The notes under the pieces: generated by a model
What the model saw: only the letters and a program-made list of their open reading frames with translations
Databases searched by the model: none
Told to the model about the DNA's origin: nothing
In this document: in pieces, positions 36,606-45,773 of the stretch
How positions within the stretch are numbered: position 1 is the stretch's first letter
Layout: every line of letters begins with the position of its first letter
Source of the DNA: Nanobdellota archaeon
GTDB taxonomy: Archaea > Aenigmatarchaeota > Aenigmatarchaeia > QMZP01
Direction: 5' to 3'
NCBI GenBank assembly: GCA_018816245.1
Contig: JAHIVW010000002.1
Coordinates: forward strand, 18,314-82,313
Length of the DNA: 64,000 nucleotides
Translations under genes and position numbers: made by a program

Positions 36606-37562
36606 GTGTATAAGAACCACTGCATGACCACCGTGTGGACAGAGACGTATCGGCCACGAAAACTCGACGAGATTATCGGCCAGCAGCATATTATTTCCCG
36701 GCTCAAGGCCTGGGTTAAGGAGAAGACGATTCCCAATATGCTCTTTGCCGGTCCTGCGGGCGTTGGGAAGACAACAACGGCACTCGCGCTTGCACGAGAG
36801 CTGTTCGGCGATCACTGGCGAGACAATTTCCAGGAGACAAATGCGAGCGACGACCGCGGGATCAATGTGGTGCGCGGGCGGATCAAGGAGTTCGCATCCA
36901 CCAAACCAATCGGTGCTGGTTTCAAGATTGTATTCCTCGACGAAAGCGATGCTCTGACATCAGAAGCGCAGCAGGCCCTGCGCCGCACCATTGAAAAACA
37001 TGCAGGGGTGTGCCGGTTCATTCTTTCCTGTAACTATTCAAATCGAATTATCGAACCCATTCAGTCGCGGACGGCTGTTTTCCGGTTCAAGCGACTTGAT
37101 CAGAAAGACGTTGAAACGTACCTGCAACGGATCGTTGCTGGAGAGAAATTGAAAGCAGCAAAGGAAGGATTGCAGGCAATTATTAATGTGACCGAAGGCG
37201 ACCTTCGGAAGGCAACCAATCTGCTGCAAGCAGCCGCGGCAGTCGGGTCTGTCGACAAGAGCACGGTGCTTGACGTTGCTGCCCGGGCAGAACCAGAAGA
37301 CGTCAAGAAGATGATGGAACTCGCGCGCGACGGGAAATTCACTGAAGCGCGGAAACGATTGCATGACCTCCTCATTGTGCAAGGATTCTCCGGAGAGGAC
37401 ATCGTGAAGGAAGTGCATCGGTCTTTGCTCACGATTACGTGTCCTGAGGAGAAGCGACTCGACCTGCTTGCGGTTCTCGGTGAAACTGAGTTCCGGTTGA
37501 CGCAGGGCAGCTCGCCGGACATCCAGCTGGAAGCGTTTCTGGCGCAGATGGGGAAGAAGTAA
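36606..37562 (+). CDS. rfcS: replication factor C small subunit
   Basis: WTETYRPRKLDEIIGQQHI, FAGPAGVGKTT, FLDESDALT and QSRTAVFRF. No intein. Confidence 0.9.
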   Translation: MYKNHCMTTVWTETYRPRKLDEIIGQQHIISRLKAWVKEKTIPNMLFAGPAGVGKTTTALALARELFGDHWRDNFQETNASDDRGINVVRGRIKEFASTKPIGAGFKIVFLDESDALTSEAQQALRRTIEKHAGVCRFILSCNYSNRIIEPIQSRTAVFRFKRLDQKDVETYLQRIVAGEKLKAAKEGLQAIINVTEGDLRKATNLLQAAAAVGSVDKSTVLDVAARAEPEDVKKMMELARDGKFTEARKRLHDLLIVQGFSGEDIVKEVHRSLLTITCPEEKRLDLLAVLGETEFRLTQGSSPDIQLEAFLAQMGKK

Positions 37563-37593
37563 TACATTTAACTGTTCTTTATAATAGGTCCTC

Positions 37594-38223
37594 ATGCGTC
37601 TGCTTGTCTTCGGCCAGCAAGGTTCGGGAAAGGGAACCCAGGCCAAGCTCCTTGCCGAGCATTTGAAAATTCCCCACATTTCGACCGGCGATCTTGTCCG
37701 GGAAGAGATCATGAAGGATACGGATCTCGGAAACAAGATCAGTAGCCTCGTCGAACGGGGTGTCCTCGTTCCAGATGCATTGATTCTTGAACTGCTGAGA
37801 CAGCGACTCTCCAAACCTGATGCGCTCAAAGGATTCATCCTTGACGGCTTCCCGAGAAACGAACAACAACAGCAGACGCTCGACAAGCTCACCCAGATTG
37901 ATGTTGCACTCTTCCTTCATATTCCAGAAACAGTTGCAACTGAGCGACTTTCCGCCCGGCGTACCTGCCGGGGCTGCGGGAAGATCTACGGGAAGGATCG
38001 GCCACCGAAATTACCGGGCCGCTGCGACGCGTGCGGCAACGAACTCTACCAACGTGCGGACGACTGGCCAGATGCTATCAAGCAACGCTTCAAAATCTTC
38101 CGGGAAGAAACTATGCCGGTCATCCGGGCATATCAATCACAAGGAAAGCTCGTTCAGATCAACGCTGACCAAAGCGTTGAATCGGTCTTTATGCAAATCA
38201 AACAAGCATTGAAGCTCGGGTGA
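37594..38223 (+). CDS. adk: adenylate kinase (zinc-lid type)
   Basis: VFGQQGSGKGTQ, GFILDGFPR and lid CRGCGKIY...CDACGNELYQRADD. Confidence 0.9.
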   Translation: MRLLVFGQQGSGKGTQAKLLAEHLKIPHISTGDLVREEIMKDTDLGNKISSLVERGVLVPDALILELLRQRLSKPDALKGFILDGFPRNEQQQQTLDKLTQIDVALFLHIPETVATERLSARRTCRGCGKIYGKDRPPKLPGRCDACGNELYQRADDWPDAIKQRFKIFREETMPVIRAYQSQGKLVQINADQSVESVFMQIKQALKLG

Positions 38224-38774
38224 CTATGTTCATTCTGTGTGTGATTGGAAAAATCGGATCAGGCAAGGACGAGGTTGCAAAGTATCTCGCGAAACGCCAC
38301 GGGTTTTTCCATATCGATCTCGGCGACATCACACGAGACATTACACGAGAGTACAACCGGACACCGACACGGGAAAACCTTCAGCTGTCACAGAAAGAAT
38401 ATCGCGAAGCGCACGGAAGACACTCATTGGCTGAACGTGCAGTCAAGAAAATCAAGGAACAAGGGAGCGAGCATATTGTCGTGAGCGCCCTTCGCATCCC
38501 CGAAGATGCAGAGGTAATCAAACACGCATTTGGTGACACTTGCCTTTTCGTTGAAGTTGTTGCTGACCGTGCTGTGCGGCTCACCCGATTGAAAGCGCGA
38601 AAAAGTGACCGCGACCCGACGACCGAAGCCGAGTTCATCGAACACGAGCGGACAGAAGAGGAGCACTTCCCCTCAGAAGCAATGAAACCATTCATTCAGA
38701 AAACCATTTCAAATAACGGGACACTGGAAGAGTTACATAAGATCGTTGACCGGCTCCTTCGGGACATCCTTTAA
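38220..38774 (+). CDS. P-loop nucleotide kinase-like protein (dephospho-CoA kinase / dNMP kinase-like fold)
   Basis: VIGKIGSGKDEVAKYL P-loop, 184 aa. The exact substrate is not assignable. ATGA-type overlap with adk. Confidence 0.5.
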   Translation: MTMFILCVIGKIGSGKDEVAKYLAKRHGFFHIDLGDITRDITREYNRTPTRENLQLSQKEYREAHGRHSLAERAVKKIKEQGSEHIVVSALRIPEDAEVIKHAFGDTCLFVEVVADRAVRLTRLKARKSDRDPTTEAEFIEHERTEEEHFPSEAMKPFIQKTISNNGTLEELHKIVDRLLRDIL

Positions 38775-38800
38775 ATAGCATCCCATCAATTACACCCAAC

Positions 38801-39355
38801 GTGGTGATTCCCATGGAACGAACCTTCCTCTTGATCAAGCCGGATGGCGTTACCAGAGGCCTCGTTGGCGATATTCTTTCCCGTTTCGAGAAGGCAGAGC
38901 TCAGGATCGTTGGCATGAAGCTGCTCGTGCCGACCGCGGATCTCATCAGGAAGCACTACCCTTCTTCAGATGAATGGCTCGGGACCGCAGGAAACAAGAC
39001 CCTGCGTGATTATGAAAAGAACAGAATCGATCCCAAGAAGGAACTGGGCACCAACGATCCCATCAAGATCGGGAAGATGATCAAGGAATGGCTCATCACC
39101 TACCTAACCAGCGGCCCGGTGGTTGCCATGGTCTTGGAAGGCAACCATGCAATCGAGAACGTCCGGCGATTAGTCGGCCCGACCCTCCCGATTCTTGCAG
39201 GACCAGGAACCATCCGCGGCGACTATTCCTGTGAATCACCTGACCTGTCAAACAAGGAACGCCGCCCGGTCAAAAACCTTGTCCACGCAAGCGGGGACGC
39301 GAGCGAAGCAAAGAACGAGATCGCTCTCTGGTTCAAGAAGCACGAGCTGCTCTAA
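38801..39355 (+). CDS. ndk: nucleoside diphosphate kinase
   Basis: ERTFLLIKPDGV, GPVVAMVLEG and NLVHASGDASEAKNEIALWF. Longer than usual because of an internal insertion. Confidence 0.85.
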   Translation: MVIPMERTFLLIKPDGVTRGLVGDILSRFEKAELRIVGMKLLVPTADLIRKHYPSSDEWLGTAGNKTLRDYEKNRIDPKKELGTNDPIKIGKMIKEWLITYLTSGPVVAMVLEGNHAIENVRRLVGPTLPILAGPGTIRGDYSCESPDLSNKERRPVKNLVHASGDASEAKNEIALWFKKHELL

Positions 39356-39378
39356 TTTATACCTGAACGTCTAACGGG

Positions 39379-39993
39379 GTGTTCATGCCGAAGGGGAAAT
39401 TCATTGTTTTTGAGGGAATTGACGGTTCGGGGACCGAGACGCAGTCCAAGCGGCTGTTCGAGTATCTGCTTGCTCACAAGACACCGGCAAATAAAGTGAG
39501 CTATCCTGATTATGAAGGACCGTTCACATCCCTGTTTGAAGATTATTTGTACAAGAAGATCGACCTCAACCCAGAGACGCAGCTCCTTATCTATGCAACC
39601 GATATGGCAAAGGACAGGGAACAGATTGCAACGTGGCTTTCCGAGGGACGTATTGTGATCGCTGATCGTTACCTGACGTCTGCGCTTGCGTATCAAGGTG
39701 CGAATGGACTTCCAGTTGAGTTTGGGTTGAAGTTTGCTCGATTACTGAAACTTCCGAAACCAGATGTTGTGTTTTTCCTGAATGTGAGCCCGGCGACGTC
39801 GATTTCCCGGAAGCTTCGTGAGAAAACGAACCTTGATCGACATGAATCAAACGAGCGGTACCTGAAAGATGTCAACAGTCTGTACAAAAAACTGGCAACA
39901 GGAAAGGTCTTCGGGGAGTGGAAAACGATTAACGCTGAAATATCCGCGGACGACGTGTTCCAGAAAATAAAAGATCATCTCGGGTTAGTTTGA
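39379..39993 (+). CDS. tmk: thymidylate kinase
   Basis: FIVFEGIDGSGTETQ and IADRYLTSALAYQ. Confidence 0.85.
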   Translation: MFMPKGKFIVFEGIDGSGTETQSKRLFEYLLAHKTPANKVSYPDYEGPFTSLFEDYLYKKIDLNPETQLLIYATDMAKDREQIATWLSEGRIVIADRYLTSALAYQGANGLPVEFGLKFARLLKLPKPDVVFFLNVSPATSISRKLREKTNLDRHESNERYLKDVNSLYKKLATGKVFGEWKTINAEISADDVFQKIKDHLGLV

Positions 39994-39995
39994 AC

Positions 39996-40559
39996 TCATT
40001 CTACAATTTCACCGGTGGTGAGATTTCGATACTGTCCCGATCGGTCAAGAGCGATTGTTGCGCCTCCGTTGTTCGTCCACGCCGGCGATTCTACATCATC
40101 CGGAATCCCAAACACGGTTACATATCTTTCCCAGGTTGCAAAGCCAACAGCAGCAAGTTCCTGATAGACACCCTGGAGATCTGGGTGGAAAGCGGAATAC
40201 TCCGGATTGATAACAAGTATTTCGTTAACTGCTTGGCGTGCTCGCCAGACATCGCCTTCTCGTAAATACGCTTCAGCAACGTGAGTGAGCGCCCTTGCTC
40301 GTTCTATATCATCTAGTGCCCAGTTCGCTGCCTCCTCGAGCTTGGTGATTCCTTCTGTCGTTCTTCCTCGACCAAGGTCAATACACCCATCTTGAAAAAG
40401 TGTCTTCACAGCATCGTCTGGTGTCTCGTACGAGCCGCGATCTGAATTGAATGAATAAACAGGTCTTGACACAACCTGCCCATAAGGACACGAAATAGTT
40501 TGCGGGACGCAGGGTCCTTCTTCCAGCGTGCCGCGTGGGGCATGGCGCGGATAGGCCAT
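39996..40559 (-). CDS. hypothetical protein
   Basis: 187 aa. A helical-repeat-looking middle segment (LEEAANWALDDIERARALTHVAEAYLREGDVWRARQAVNE). A TATA-like gatatatagg lies ~27 nt upstream. Confidence 0.5.
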   Translation of the reverse strand: MAYPRHAPRGTLEEGPCVPQTISCPYGQVVSRPVYSFNSDRGSYETPDDAVKTLFQDGCIDLGRGRTTEGITKLEEAANWALDDIERARALTHVAEAYLREGDVWRARQAVNEILVINPEYSAFHPDLQGVYQELAAVGFATWERYVTVFGIPDDVESPAWTNNGGATIALDRSGQYRNLTTGEIVE

Positions 40560-40611
40560 AGCATCTGATGGTGGTTCCCCCTATATATCACCTCGTCCTG
40601 AAAACATTCTC

Positions 40612-41472
40612 TTAGGAATATTCTGTCAGCTTCGTATTCTTTGCAACCGGGACGTCAGCAGCAAGCACCTGTCGGAGATGATCAAGCTTCTGTTTCGCGA
40701 GGGCCTCGTTCCGAACCAATACCACATCAACAGCGCACGCTTTGAACAAGACATCGTAGAGCTGCGCGACACCCGTCGTTGCTGATCCCAAGTTCAAAAA
40801 TGCGGCATCGAGCTCCTGAACTACGTCGTGAGGATAGTAGACCTCGACAACGAGGCCGTCGGTAACGAAGATATCAGCGCCGCCAGGAAAACCTACTGTC
40901 CGAACCGTTGCACGACACTCAGCATAGAGCTGCGCAAGCGCCTGATCTCCTGGTGTTTGCCGGGCAACGGCAAACACCGTCGGCACTCGAAGCAACTCGC
41001 GGAACTGAACATAACTCTGTGAATGCTGGATGAACGGCCACCATAAATGGCGGACCAGTCCAGCCTGCAACGACACGTCCCGTTGTTTCACGTACGCACC
41101 AATCGTCCCAAAGAAGTAGCCCAGAAATTCAGCAATCGATCCAAACTGTTTGGTGAAGGTTTGTCCTGTCGCCTTCAGGAGCGGGGCATTTGATCCATCA
41201 ACACCGTAGACATGGTCGACGCGTTTCCCAAAGGACCGGAGGCGGAGCATCCAATCCCGGTCAAGGAGATAGCCGGTGTCCGAACGGACGAGCACACGTT
41301 GCACCACCAACCATTTCACTGTTTTGTGGACAGCTTGATAGGTCACTGCCAATCCCAATCGGCGGATCTCGTTGTAGATCTTCTTTGCGGTGAGTGGACA
41401 CTGATCACCAAGAATCATGATAACCGCATCACGTGTTGTTCGTGGGGTGTTCGAGAGCAAGGGGTACAGCAT
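40612..41472 (-). CDS. putative transcriptional regulator (N-terminal wHTH plus unknown C-terminal domain)
   Basis: TRDAVIMILGDQCPLTAKKIYNEIRRLGLAVTYQAVHKTVKWLVVQRVLV is a wHTH pattern. 286 aa. Confidence 0.5.
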   Translation of the reverse strand: MLYPLLSNTPRTTRDAVIMILGDQCPLTAKKIYNEIRRLGLAVTYQAVHKTVKWLVVQRVLVRSDTGYLLDRDWMLRLRSFGKRVDHVYGVDGSNAPLLKATGQTFTKQFGSIAEFLGYFFGTIGAYVKQRDVSLQAGLVRHLWWPFIQHSQSYVQFRELLRVPTVFAVARQTPGDQALAQLYAECRATVRTVGFPGGADIFVTDGLVVEVYYPHDVVQELDAAFLNLGSATTGVAQLYDVLFKACAVDVVLVRNEALAKQKLDHLRQVLAADVPVAKNTKLTEYS

Positions 41473-41550
41473 AACCAGATCAAGACAGCATGCATCTCTT
41501 CAAAACAAGAAAACTAATAAAATCATCTTGAGAACTTTTTCGTAAGAGAA

Positions 41551-42222
41551 CTATTTTTTGACAACAAGTCCTTTGGTGTCAATGAGCAGCGGATAGATAT
41601 CTTTTCCGTGGTTCGTTCGGCGCATCTTCCTGACTTGTAGTGTCCGTCCGGTTGCTTCTCCAGCACCAACATACGTGATCAGAATGACAGCATCGGCAAC
41701 ATATTCTTCCACACCAAACAATGATAGATGCTTTGTTCCTTCAGGAACCTCTGATGTCAGAATCGCTGTTATACCCTTTCTCCGTTTGATTGTGTTGATG
41801 ATGTTGATGAGTCGCCGACGAATCTCGGCTTTCGAATCCATTGTCATACCAAGCACGGTTGCAGAATCGATCACCAGTCGCTTGGCCTTCAAATCAGAGA
41901 TCTCATTTACAATTGTAGAGGAGAGATTCGATACCTGCGACGGATCATGATAGATGATTCGGAAGAGGTTTTTCTTCTCGTATTTTTCGAAGTCCCATCC
42001 AAAGGCCAACGCATCCCCTTTGATATCCTCGGGGCGCTCTTCAAGCGTGATAAAGAGACCACTCTCTCCATTCTGGACCCCTTCCCAAAGGAACTGGGCG
42101 CCGAAGAGTGTCTTGCCAGAACCTGTTCCTCCTGACATGAGAACAACAGAACCTTCGACAAATCCCCCACCGACAAGCGAGTCCAAGCCAGGAATGCCTG
42201 TCTTAATACGCTTCTGGAGCAT
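41551..42222 (-). CDS. KaiC/RadA-like RecA-superfamily ATPase (single domain), second paralog
   Basis: GIPGLDSLVGGGFVEGSVVLMSGGTGSGKT and LVIDSAT. Confidence 0.8.
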   Translation of the reverse strand: MLQKRIKTGIPGLDSLVGGGFVEGSVVLMSGGTGSGKTLFGAQFLWEGVQNGESGLFITLEERPEDIKGDALAFGWDFEKYEKKNLFRIIYHDPSQVSNLSSTIVNEISDLKAKRLVIDSATVLGMTMDSKAEIRRRLINIINTIKRRKGITAILTSEVPEGTKHLSLFGVEEYVADAVILITYVGAGEATGRTLQVRKMRRTNHGKDIYPLLIDTKGLVVKK

Positions 42223-42289
42223 GCTCTCTAGTATTGGTGAGGCGTCTTATATAGGGGACGCTTAAAAGTCTCTCCCCACAGAAAACCGT

Positions 42290-43351
42290 ATGGACATTGC
42301 ATCGGTCTTTACTAAATATAAGCCAATCGTGGAGCGGGCACTTGAGAAATACTTGCCCCGGACGGTGACGAATGACTATCTCGCTTGGCTCCTCGGCAAG
42401 CCACGCTTCGCGTATGACGTTGACGCCTTTCAGAAGGCGATTACCAATCCGATCTGGGATTTCTTGGACCGGGGTGGCAAGCGATGGAGGCCAATTTTCA
42501 TGTTCATCACTGCCAAAGCATTTGGCGCAGATGTCGAAAAGCTCAAGGATTTTTCGGTCATCCCTGAATTTGCACACAACGGTTCCATAATCGTCGACGA
42601 CATTGAAGATCAGGGACAACTCCGCCGAGGCAAACCGTGCATGCACCATTTGTTTGGAACGGACATCGCAATCAATGCAGGAAACTTCTTGTACTTCTTA
42701 CCGTCGATTGTTCTCTCAAAGAACAAGGACATTCCCGAAGAACAACGCTTGCGCGCATACGAGCTGTTCTGTCAAGAGATGACAAACATACATCTGGGAC
42801 AAGGGACAGACATCCACTGGCACAAAGGGCAGGCAGAAACCATTGAAGAGAAACAGTACCTGCAGATGTGCTCATACAAGACCGGTTGCTTGGCACGCAT
42901 GGCGGCTCGGCTCGGCGTCATCCTCGCTGGTGGCACACCAGAACAGGAAGCTGCAATGGGACGCATCGGTGAAGCTGTCGGGGTTGCGTTCCAGATTCAG
43001 GATGATATTCTTTCAGCAAGCGCGACTGGTGAGTTTGCCAAACGGAAAGGCTATGGTGATGATATTACTGAAGGCAAGCGGACGCTGATCGTCCTGCAGA
43101 CGTTGAAAAAGGCACCAGAAACAGAAAAGAAGCGGCTGCTCGAGATCCTGAACAAGCACACAACCGACGAACCATTGATCACCGAAGCATTGACGATTCT
43201 TCAGAAACACGGCGGAATCGAGTATTCCCGTGAAAAAGCCAAGGCGCTTGTTGATGAGGCACTCAAAGAGGCGATCCCACTGATTCCGAACAAGGATGCT
43301 GCGGAGGAATACGAGGCCTTCATCCGCTACATGATCGAGCGGAAGATTTAA
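42290..43351 (+). CDS. trans-polyprenyl diphosphate synthase (GGPP synthase-type)
   Basis: First Asp-rich motif IVDDIEDQGQLRRGKP and second Asp-rich motif FQIQDDILS. Confidence 0.85.
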   Translation: MDIASVFTKYKPIVERALEKYLPRTVTNDYLAWLLGKPRFAYDVDAFQKAITNPIWDFLDRGGKRWRPIFMFITAKAFGADVEKLKDFSVIPEFAHNGSIIVDDIEDQGQLRRGKPCMHHLFGTDIAINAGNFLYFLPSIVLSKNKDIPEEQRLRAYELFCQEMTNIHLGQGTDIHWHKGQAETIEEKQYLQMCSYKTGCLARMAARLGVILAGGTPEQEAAMGRIGEAVGVAFQIQDDILSASATGEFAKRKGYGDDITEGKRTLIVLQTLKKAPETEKKRLLEILNKHTTDEPLITEALTILQKHGGIEYSREKAKALVDEALKEAIPLIPNKDAAEEYEAFIRYMIERKI

Positions 43352-43408
43352 CGTTTATAAACACAACCACGAAAAAGGAGATACCGGAAAGAGCTGAATT
43401 GTGGTTTT

Positions 43409-43576
43409 ATGAAAATAATCAGTAAGTTGCGCGAATACATTCGCGTGGTCCAGATTGCGCGGAAGCCGAACAAAGAGGAATATTTCATGGCGACGAAGGT
43501 CTCCGCCATTGGCATCGCCATTATCGGTGTCATTGGCTTTGCGATCTTCCTTGTCTATATCCTCACAGGAATCTGA
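43409..43576 (+). CDS. secE: preprotein translocase subunit SecE (Sec61-gamma)
   Basis: 55-aa ORF absent from the supplied track because it is under 60 aa. My translation is MKIISKLREYIRVVQIARKPNKEEYFMATKVSAIGIAIIGVIGFAIFLVYILTGI*. It sits directly before spt5, as in most archaea. Confidence 0.8.
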   Translation: MKIISKLREYIRVVQIARKPNKEEYFMATKVSAIGIAIIGVIGFAIFLVYILTGI

Positions 43577-43577
43577 T

Positions 43578-44030
43578 ATGAATCTCTACACGATCCGAAC
43601 AACCACTGGACGAGAAGACATTGTTATCGATCTCTTGCAGACCAAGCTCCGAACTGAACAGCTGGACATCAAGAGCGTGTTCCATCCCGCGGAGATCAAG
43701 GGGTATATCTTCGCTGAAGGCAGCCTGGGTGCGATCCACAAGGCAGTCTCCGGCATGCTCCATGTCCGGGGCGTGATGGACAACCCTGTGAAGCTCTCGG
43801 AGATCGAGCACTTCCTCAAGTACGAGAAGGACCGCGTGAAGGTCGAGATCGGTGATATCGTTGAGATCATCGGTGGGCCGTTCAAGGGCGAGAAGGGGAA
43901 GATCTCTCGCGTGGACAAGGTCAAGGATGAGGTCACGATCGAGCTCCTTGAAGCGAGTATCCCAATTCCCGTCACGATCGCTACGGAATTTGTCAAGGTC
44001 ATCAAGCTCGCGCCAAAGAACGATGACTAA
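43578..44030 (+). CDS. spt5: transcription elongation factor Spt5 (NusG)
   Basis: Start at ATG 43578 (MNLYTIRTTTGRE...). NGN domain plus KOW motif GDIVEIIGGPFKGEKGKISRVD. Confidence 0.9.
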   Translation: MNLYTIRTTTGREDIVIDLLQTKLRTEQLDIKSVFHPAEIKGYIFAEGSLGAIHKAVSGMLHVRGVMDNPVKLSEIEHFLKYEKDRVKVEIGDIVEIIGGPFKGEKGKISRVDKVKDEVTIELLEASIPIPVTIATEFVKVIKLAPKNDD

Positions 44031-44059
44031 TTTAAGCTTCTCTTCCTGAGGGATACCCT

Positions 44060-44650
44060 ATGGCCAAGCAAACTATCAACGCGCTCGTGGAAGGCGGCAA
44101 GGCAAGCGCAGGCCCGCCACTGGGACCGACCTTGGGAGCATTGAAGGCACCTGTCCCACAGATCATCCAGGTCATCAATGAGAAGACCAAGGATATGAAA
44201 GGGATGCAGGTTCCTATCACCATCCAGTATGATACTGACACGAAGAAGTTCGAGATTGAGGTTGGGACACCCCCGGTTTCTGCCCTCATTAAGAAGGAGC
44301 TCAACCTCAAGAAGGCCTCTGGTGAGGCTGGGAAGCAGCGAGTCGGTGACCTCTCTGAAGACCAGGTCGCCAAGGTCGCCAAGATCAAGTTCGGAACAGA
44401 TACTGATGCCTTCAAAAATCAGGTCAAGGGAACGGCCCGGAGCATGGGTGTATCCATTGGCAAGGGAGCCGTGACCCAGGAAGAGATCGCTGCCTACGAA
44501 GAGCAGAAGAAGGCAGAAGAGGCTGCTGAGACAGAGAAGAAGGAAGCCAAGGTCGCCAAGGAAGGCGAGAAGAAGCCTGAAGAGAAGAAGGACGAGAAAA
44601 AGGAAGCCCCCAAAAAAGAAGAGAAAAAGCCCGAAAAGAAGGGAAAGTAA
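44060..44650 (+). CDS. rpl11: ribosomal protein uL11 with a K/E-rich C-terminal extension
   Basis: GGKASAGPPLGPTLG core, then a ~55-aa tail EEQKKAEEAAETEKKEAKVAKEGEKKPEEKKDEKKEAPKKEEKKPEKKGK. Confidence 0.9.
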   Translation: MAKQTINALVEGGKASAGPPLGPTLGALKAPVPQIIQVINEKTKDMKGMQVPITIQYDTDTKKFEIEVGTPPVSALIKKELNLKKASGEAGKQRVGDLSEDQVAKVAKIKFGTDTDAFKNQVKGTARSMGVSIGKGAVTQEEIAAYEEQKKAEEAAETEKKEAKVAKEGEKKPEEKKDEKKEAPKKEEKKPEKKGK

Positions 44651-44681
44651 GCCTCAGTCAAAATCCGATAGCTATTTAAAA

Positions 44682-45140
44682 ATGAGTCCCTCCTTGGTAG
44701 TTATGAAGCGCGTTGTTGTCTCGTTTTGGATCAGTATTGTGATCGCTGCAATGCTCTTACTCCTAATTCTCGGCGGGATCTTTGGAATCCTGTATTTTGA
44801 CCTATTACTCGCAGTGGTTGCGCTGGGTCTTGCCATTGAGATGTTGTTCCTTGAGGTCATGAGCCTGCGGAACGCCAAGGAGAACCACAAGCTGCGGACA
44901 GACATGGCCTTGCTGACCCAGTGGATGGAAGAGACACAGGCAGAATCCCATCAACGGAAGAGCGTGGCGGACAACCGGATCGTCCGGCTGGACGCGCGCC
45001 GGGCAGCGCTTGAGCGGAAGCTGAGCAAACAGATTGCGGAAACCAAGAAGCAGATCAAGGCCACGGACAAGAAGCTGACTGACCTGAACAAGAAGGTGCG
45101 GCCGCACCTGCGGCATCTGATTGTGCGGAAGCGGCGGTAG
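44682..45140 (+). CDS. membrane-anchored coiled-coil protein, unknown function
   Basis: Two N-terminal TM helices, then a basic coiled-coil segment. A TATA-like tatttaaaaa at ~44673-44682 suggests a leaderless start at ATG 44703. Confidence 0.55.
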   Translation: MSPSLVVMKRVVVSFWISIVIAAMLLLLILGGIFGILYFDLLLAVVALGLAIEMLFLEVMSLRNAKENHKLRTDMALLTQWMEETQAESHQRKSVADNRIVRLDARRAALERKLSKQIAETKKQIKATDKKLTDLNKKVRPHLRHLIVRKRR

Positions 45141-45172
45141 GCGCTTTTTAGGAATAGCATCAATATCTTATC

Positions 45173-45466
45173 GTGGAAACGAGATTGTTGGTTGCGCTCG
45201 GAATAATTGTGATTTTTTTCCTTGTTGTTTTATTATCTGTTTCAGGATACGTGAAACCAGAGAAGTTCTGTAATACAGATGCTGATTGCACAACAAGCTG
45301 TGGAAAAGAAATAGGTCGAGGTGATTGTTTTAATAAAGGTTTTGTATTACCCGACAATCCTCCAGACGGCATCTGTTGTCTCTGTGAGGATTGTAGATCG
45401 TGTATAACATGTGAGTGTATATCAAATACCTGTGTCTCGAAAAGCACCGGCGGCCGTTGCTGTTGA
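45173..45466 (+). CDS. small membrane-anchored Cys-rich protein
   Basis: 97 aa, GTG start. N-terminal helix LLVALGIIVIFFLVVLLSV, then 14 Cys in ~65 residues (ends ...CLCEDCRSCITCECISNTCVSKSTGGRCC). Confidence 0.5.
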   Translation: METRLLVALGIIVIFFLVVLLSVSGYVKPEKFCNTDADCTTSCGKEIGRGDCFNKGFVLPDNPPDGICCLCEDCRSCITCECISNTCVSKSTGGRCC

Positions 45467-45507
45467 TTATTTGGTATACAGCTTCTATTTGCAAGTATGG
45501 AAAGATC

Positions 45508-45741
45508 TTAGCCGTTTCTCAATAGCTTCTCAAAGGCGGTTTTTATCTGAACTTCTGCCGGAGATGCCGCTTGATGATGTCTTTGTCCCTTTGTGTCGGT
45601 CGCCAGCCATTTGGCTTCCGGAACGTTGTTGACAGCAGGATACTTTCTCACGTGGCCGAGGAGCATGAAGATTTCCCGGTACTCAGCGACGAGATGCTGG
45701 TCAGCCAGCACACGAGGGGGTAGGAGATTGACGCGGACCAA
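45508..45741 (-). CDS. T4 endonuclease V (pyrimidine-dimer DNA glycosylase) family, N-terminal homology only; possibly truncated or decaying
   Basis: From TTG 45741, M-VRVNLLPPRVLADQHLVAEYREIFMLLGHVRKY aligns without gaps to T4 DenV [34 protein letters not shown] (from memory). The remaining ~43 aa do not align, and the product is 77 aa versus 138 aa. Confidence 0.5.
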   Translation of the reverse strand: MVRVNLLPPRVLADQHLVAEYREIFMLLGHVRKYPAVNNVPEAKWLATDTKGQRHHQAASPAEVQIKTAFEKLLRNG

Positions 45742-45773
45742 AGAAAGCGTTGACCGCATCGCTTTTGTATCTT

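Noticed and set aside
37038-37892. 284-aa minus-strand ORF spanning the RFC/adk junction
   Set aside because: It is antisense to two strongly supported genes (rfcS, adk) and its sequence is low-complexity S/R-rich.
44480-44650. Possible tandem DNA repeats or a CRISPR-like array in gaa/aag-rich stretches (also 48100-48190 and 48440-48480)
   Set aside because: They are in-frame K/E-rich low-complexity tails of uL11, P0 and P1. There is no repeat-spacer periodicity anywhere in the window.
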